From NCBI RefSeq assembly GCF_006345805.1, contig NC_042998.1, forward strand, positions 162,068,001 to 162,132,000: 64,000 nucleotides of DNA. Direction: 5' to 3'. The DNA comes from Octopus sinensis (Eukaryota). Under the pieces are notes generated by a model, which ran no database searches, was not told the DNA's origin, and worked only from the letters and a program-made list of their open reading frames with translations. Below are positions 62,639-64,000 of this stretch, one piece after another; the stretch's first letter is position 1; each line of letters starts with the position of its first letter. Both the position numbers and the translations under genes were made by a program.

Positions 62639-63769
62639 ACTCACGCACATACACACATGCTTAACAAAAGATTTTGGTCACAACTCAAGATATAAGCTCT
62701 GCCAAATCTCAGGTAACCAGAAAGTTCGCAAAGTGTGAAATTCATGCAGTGGCCAAAATTTCAGATGATGCATGTATGTATGTATGTATGTATGTATGTA
62801 TGTATGTATGAATGTCTGTGTGTGTGTGTTTGTATGTATGTATGTATGTATGTATGTATGTGTATGTGGTGAATATACTTGATACCATTCATTTAATATT
62901 TTCTTCATACTTTTAGAATTAGTATCATTTGTGTATGTATGCATATACATGGATGTGTGTGTGTGTGTGTGTGTATGTGTGTGTGTGTGTGTGTGTTGTG
63001 TGCGTGTATGTGTGTGTGTGTGTGTGCATTTCTATTAACACATATACACTGTGTGGTTCAGAAGTTTGCTTCCCAATCATGGCTCAGTTCAGCAGTGTGA
63101 CACTTTAGGCAAATGTCTACTACTACTGCCTTGGGCCAACTAAAACCTTGTGAGTGGATCTGGTAGACAGAAATTGATAAAGCTCATCATATATATCATC
63201 ATCATCATCATTATCACCAATTAATGTCTGTTTTCCATGTTGGCATGGGTTGAACATATATATTATTTATATGTGTGTGTCTGAGTATGTGTATGTATGG
63301 ATATATGTATGGCTATATGTACGTATATGTGTATGTGTATTTCCCTTTGGTTTGGCATTGTATGATAGTTGTAAAATGAGCATTGTGGTTGTACATGCAT
63401 GCAGTGTCATTCATTTCCAATACTCTACAAAATTATGTTTGACCATCAGGAAATATTACCTTGCTTGGAAACAAGGGAGGGTTAGTAACAGGAAGAGCAC
63501 CTGGCTGTAAAAAGTCTACCTCAATAAACTCTGTCTAATCCATGCTAGAATGCAAATGTGGATGTTAAAACGATGATGATGAGGATTATACATGAAAGTC
63601 AGTGTTTTTAATGTATATCAAAAGAACAGATAATATACACTAAAAAGAAATGGACTTAATACTAGATTAAAATCTAAATACTTCATAATGCTGAAATACA
63701 TAATATATTGTGAGTTAAAAGATTCACAGAAAAGGATTTGTGAAAGAGTATGGAGATCTGAAATTGAAC

Positions 63770-64000
63770 AGAGATATTTTTATTTGTTTCAGTCAATTGA
63801 CTGCGGCCATGCTGGGGTACTGCCTTAAAGGGTTTAAGTCATACAAATCGACCCCCAGGACTTATTCTTTGTAAGTCTAGTACTTATTCTATTGGGCTCT
63901 TTTGCTGAACTGCTAAGTTATGAGGACGTAAACACACCAGCATCGGTTGTCAAATGATTGTGGTGGTGGTGGGGGACAAATACAGACACAAAGACACACT
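63770..64000 (-). mobile_element. Family A SINE 3' part running off the window
   Basis: tttatttgtttcagtcaattgactgcggccatgctgggg...cttattctttgtaagtctagtacttattctattgggctcttttgctgaactgctaagtta. Confidence 0.8.

Overview
AT-rich, microsatellite-saturated eukaryotic genomic DNA. The repeat repertoire ((TA)n/(CA)n/(ATT)n/(CAT)n tracts, tRNA-headed SINEs, RTE LINE 3' ends, Tc1/mariner relics) looks like an octopod cephalopod genome; this is inference from remembered repeat families, not a database match. Almost all ORF-track entries are microsatellite or SINE artefacts. Supported content: (1) a phase-consistent chain of short minus-strand exons, best supported at 7.2-9.0 kb and 13.5-18.2 kb and possibly reaching about 49 kb, encoding a protein I cannot name; (2) two same-strand type I hammerhead ribozyme motifs at 41.5 and 41.8 kb, the first with a complete core and perfect stems, with cleavage sites 295 nt apart (Penelope-like LTR or retrozyme-like unit); (3) two internally deleted DD37D (maT-type) transposons, a mariner MITE, other mariner relics and RTE fragments; (4) several SINE families, including two insertions of one family at the same site in another and head-to-tail SINE chains; (5) long fold-back inverted repeats, a perfect 33-bp hairpin, a higher-order minisatellite, a templated insertion and a young, CpG-rich, rearranged element inside a (TA)n tract. 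No CRISPR array, rRNA or genuine tRNA gene was seen. Repeat boundaries are approximate unless TIRs, TSDs or splice sites are quoted.
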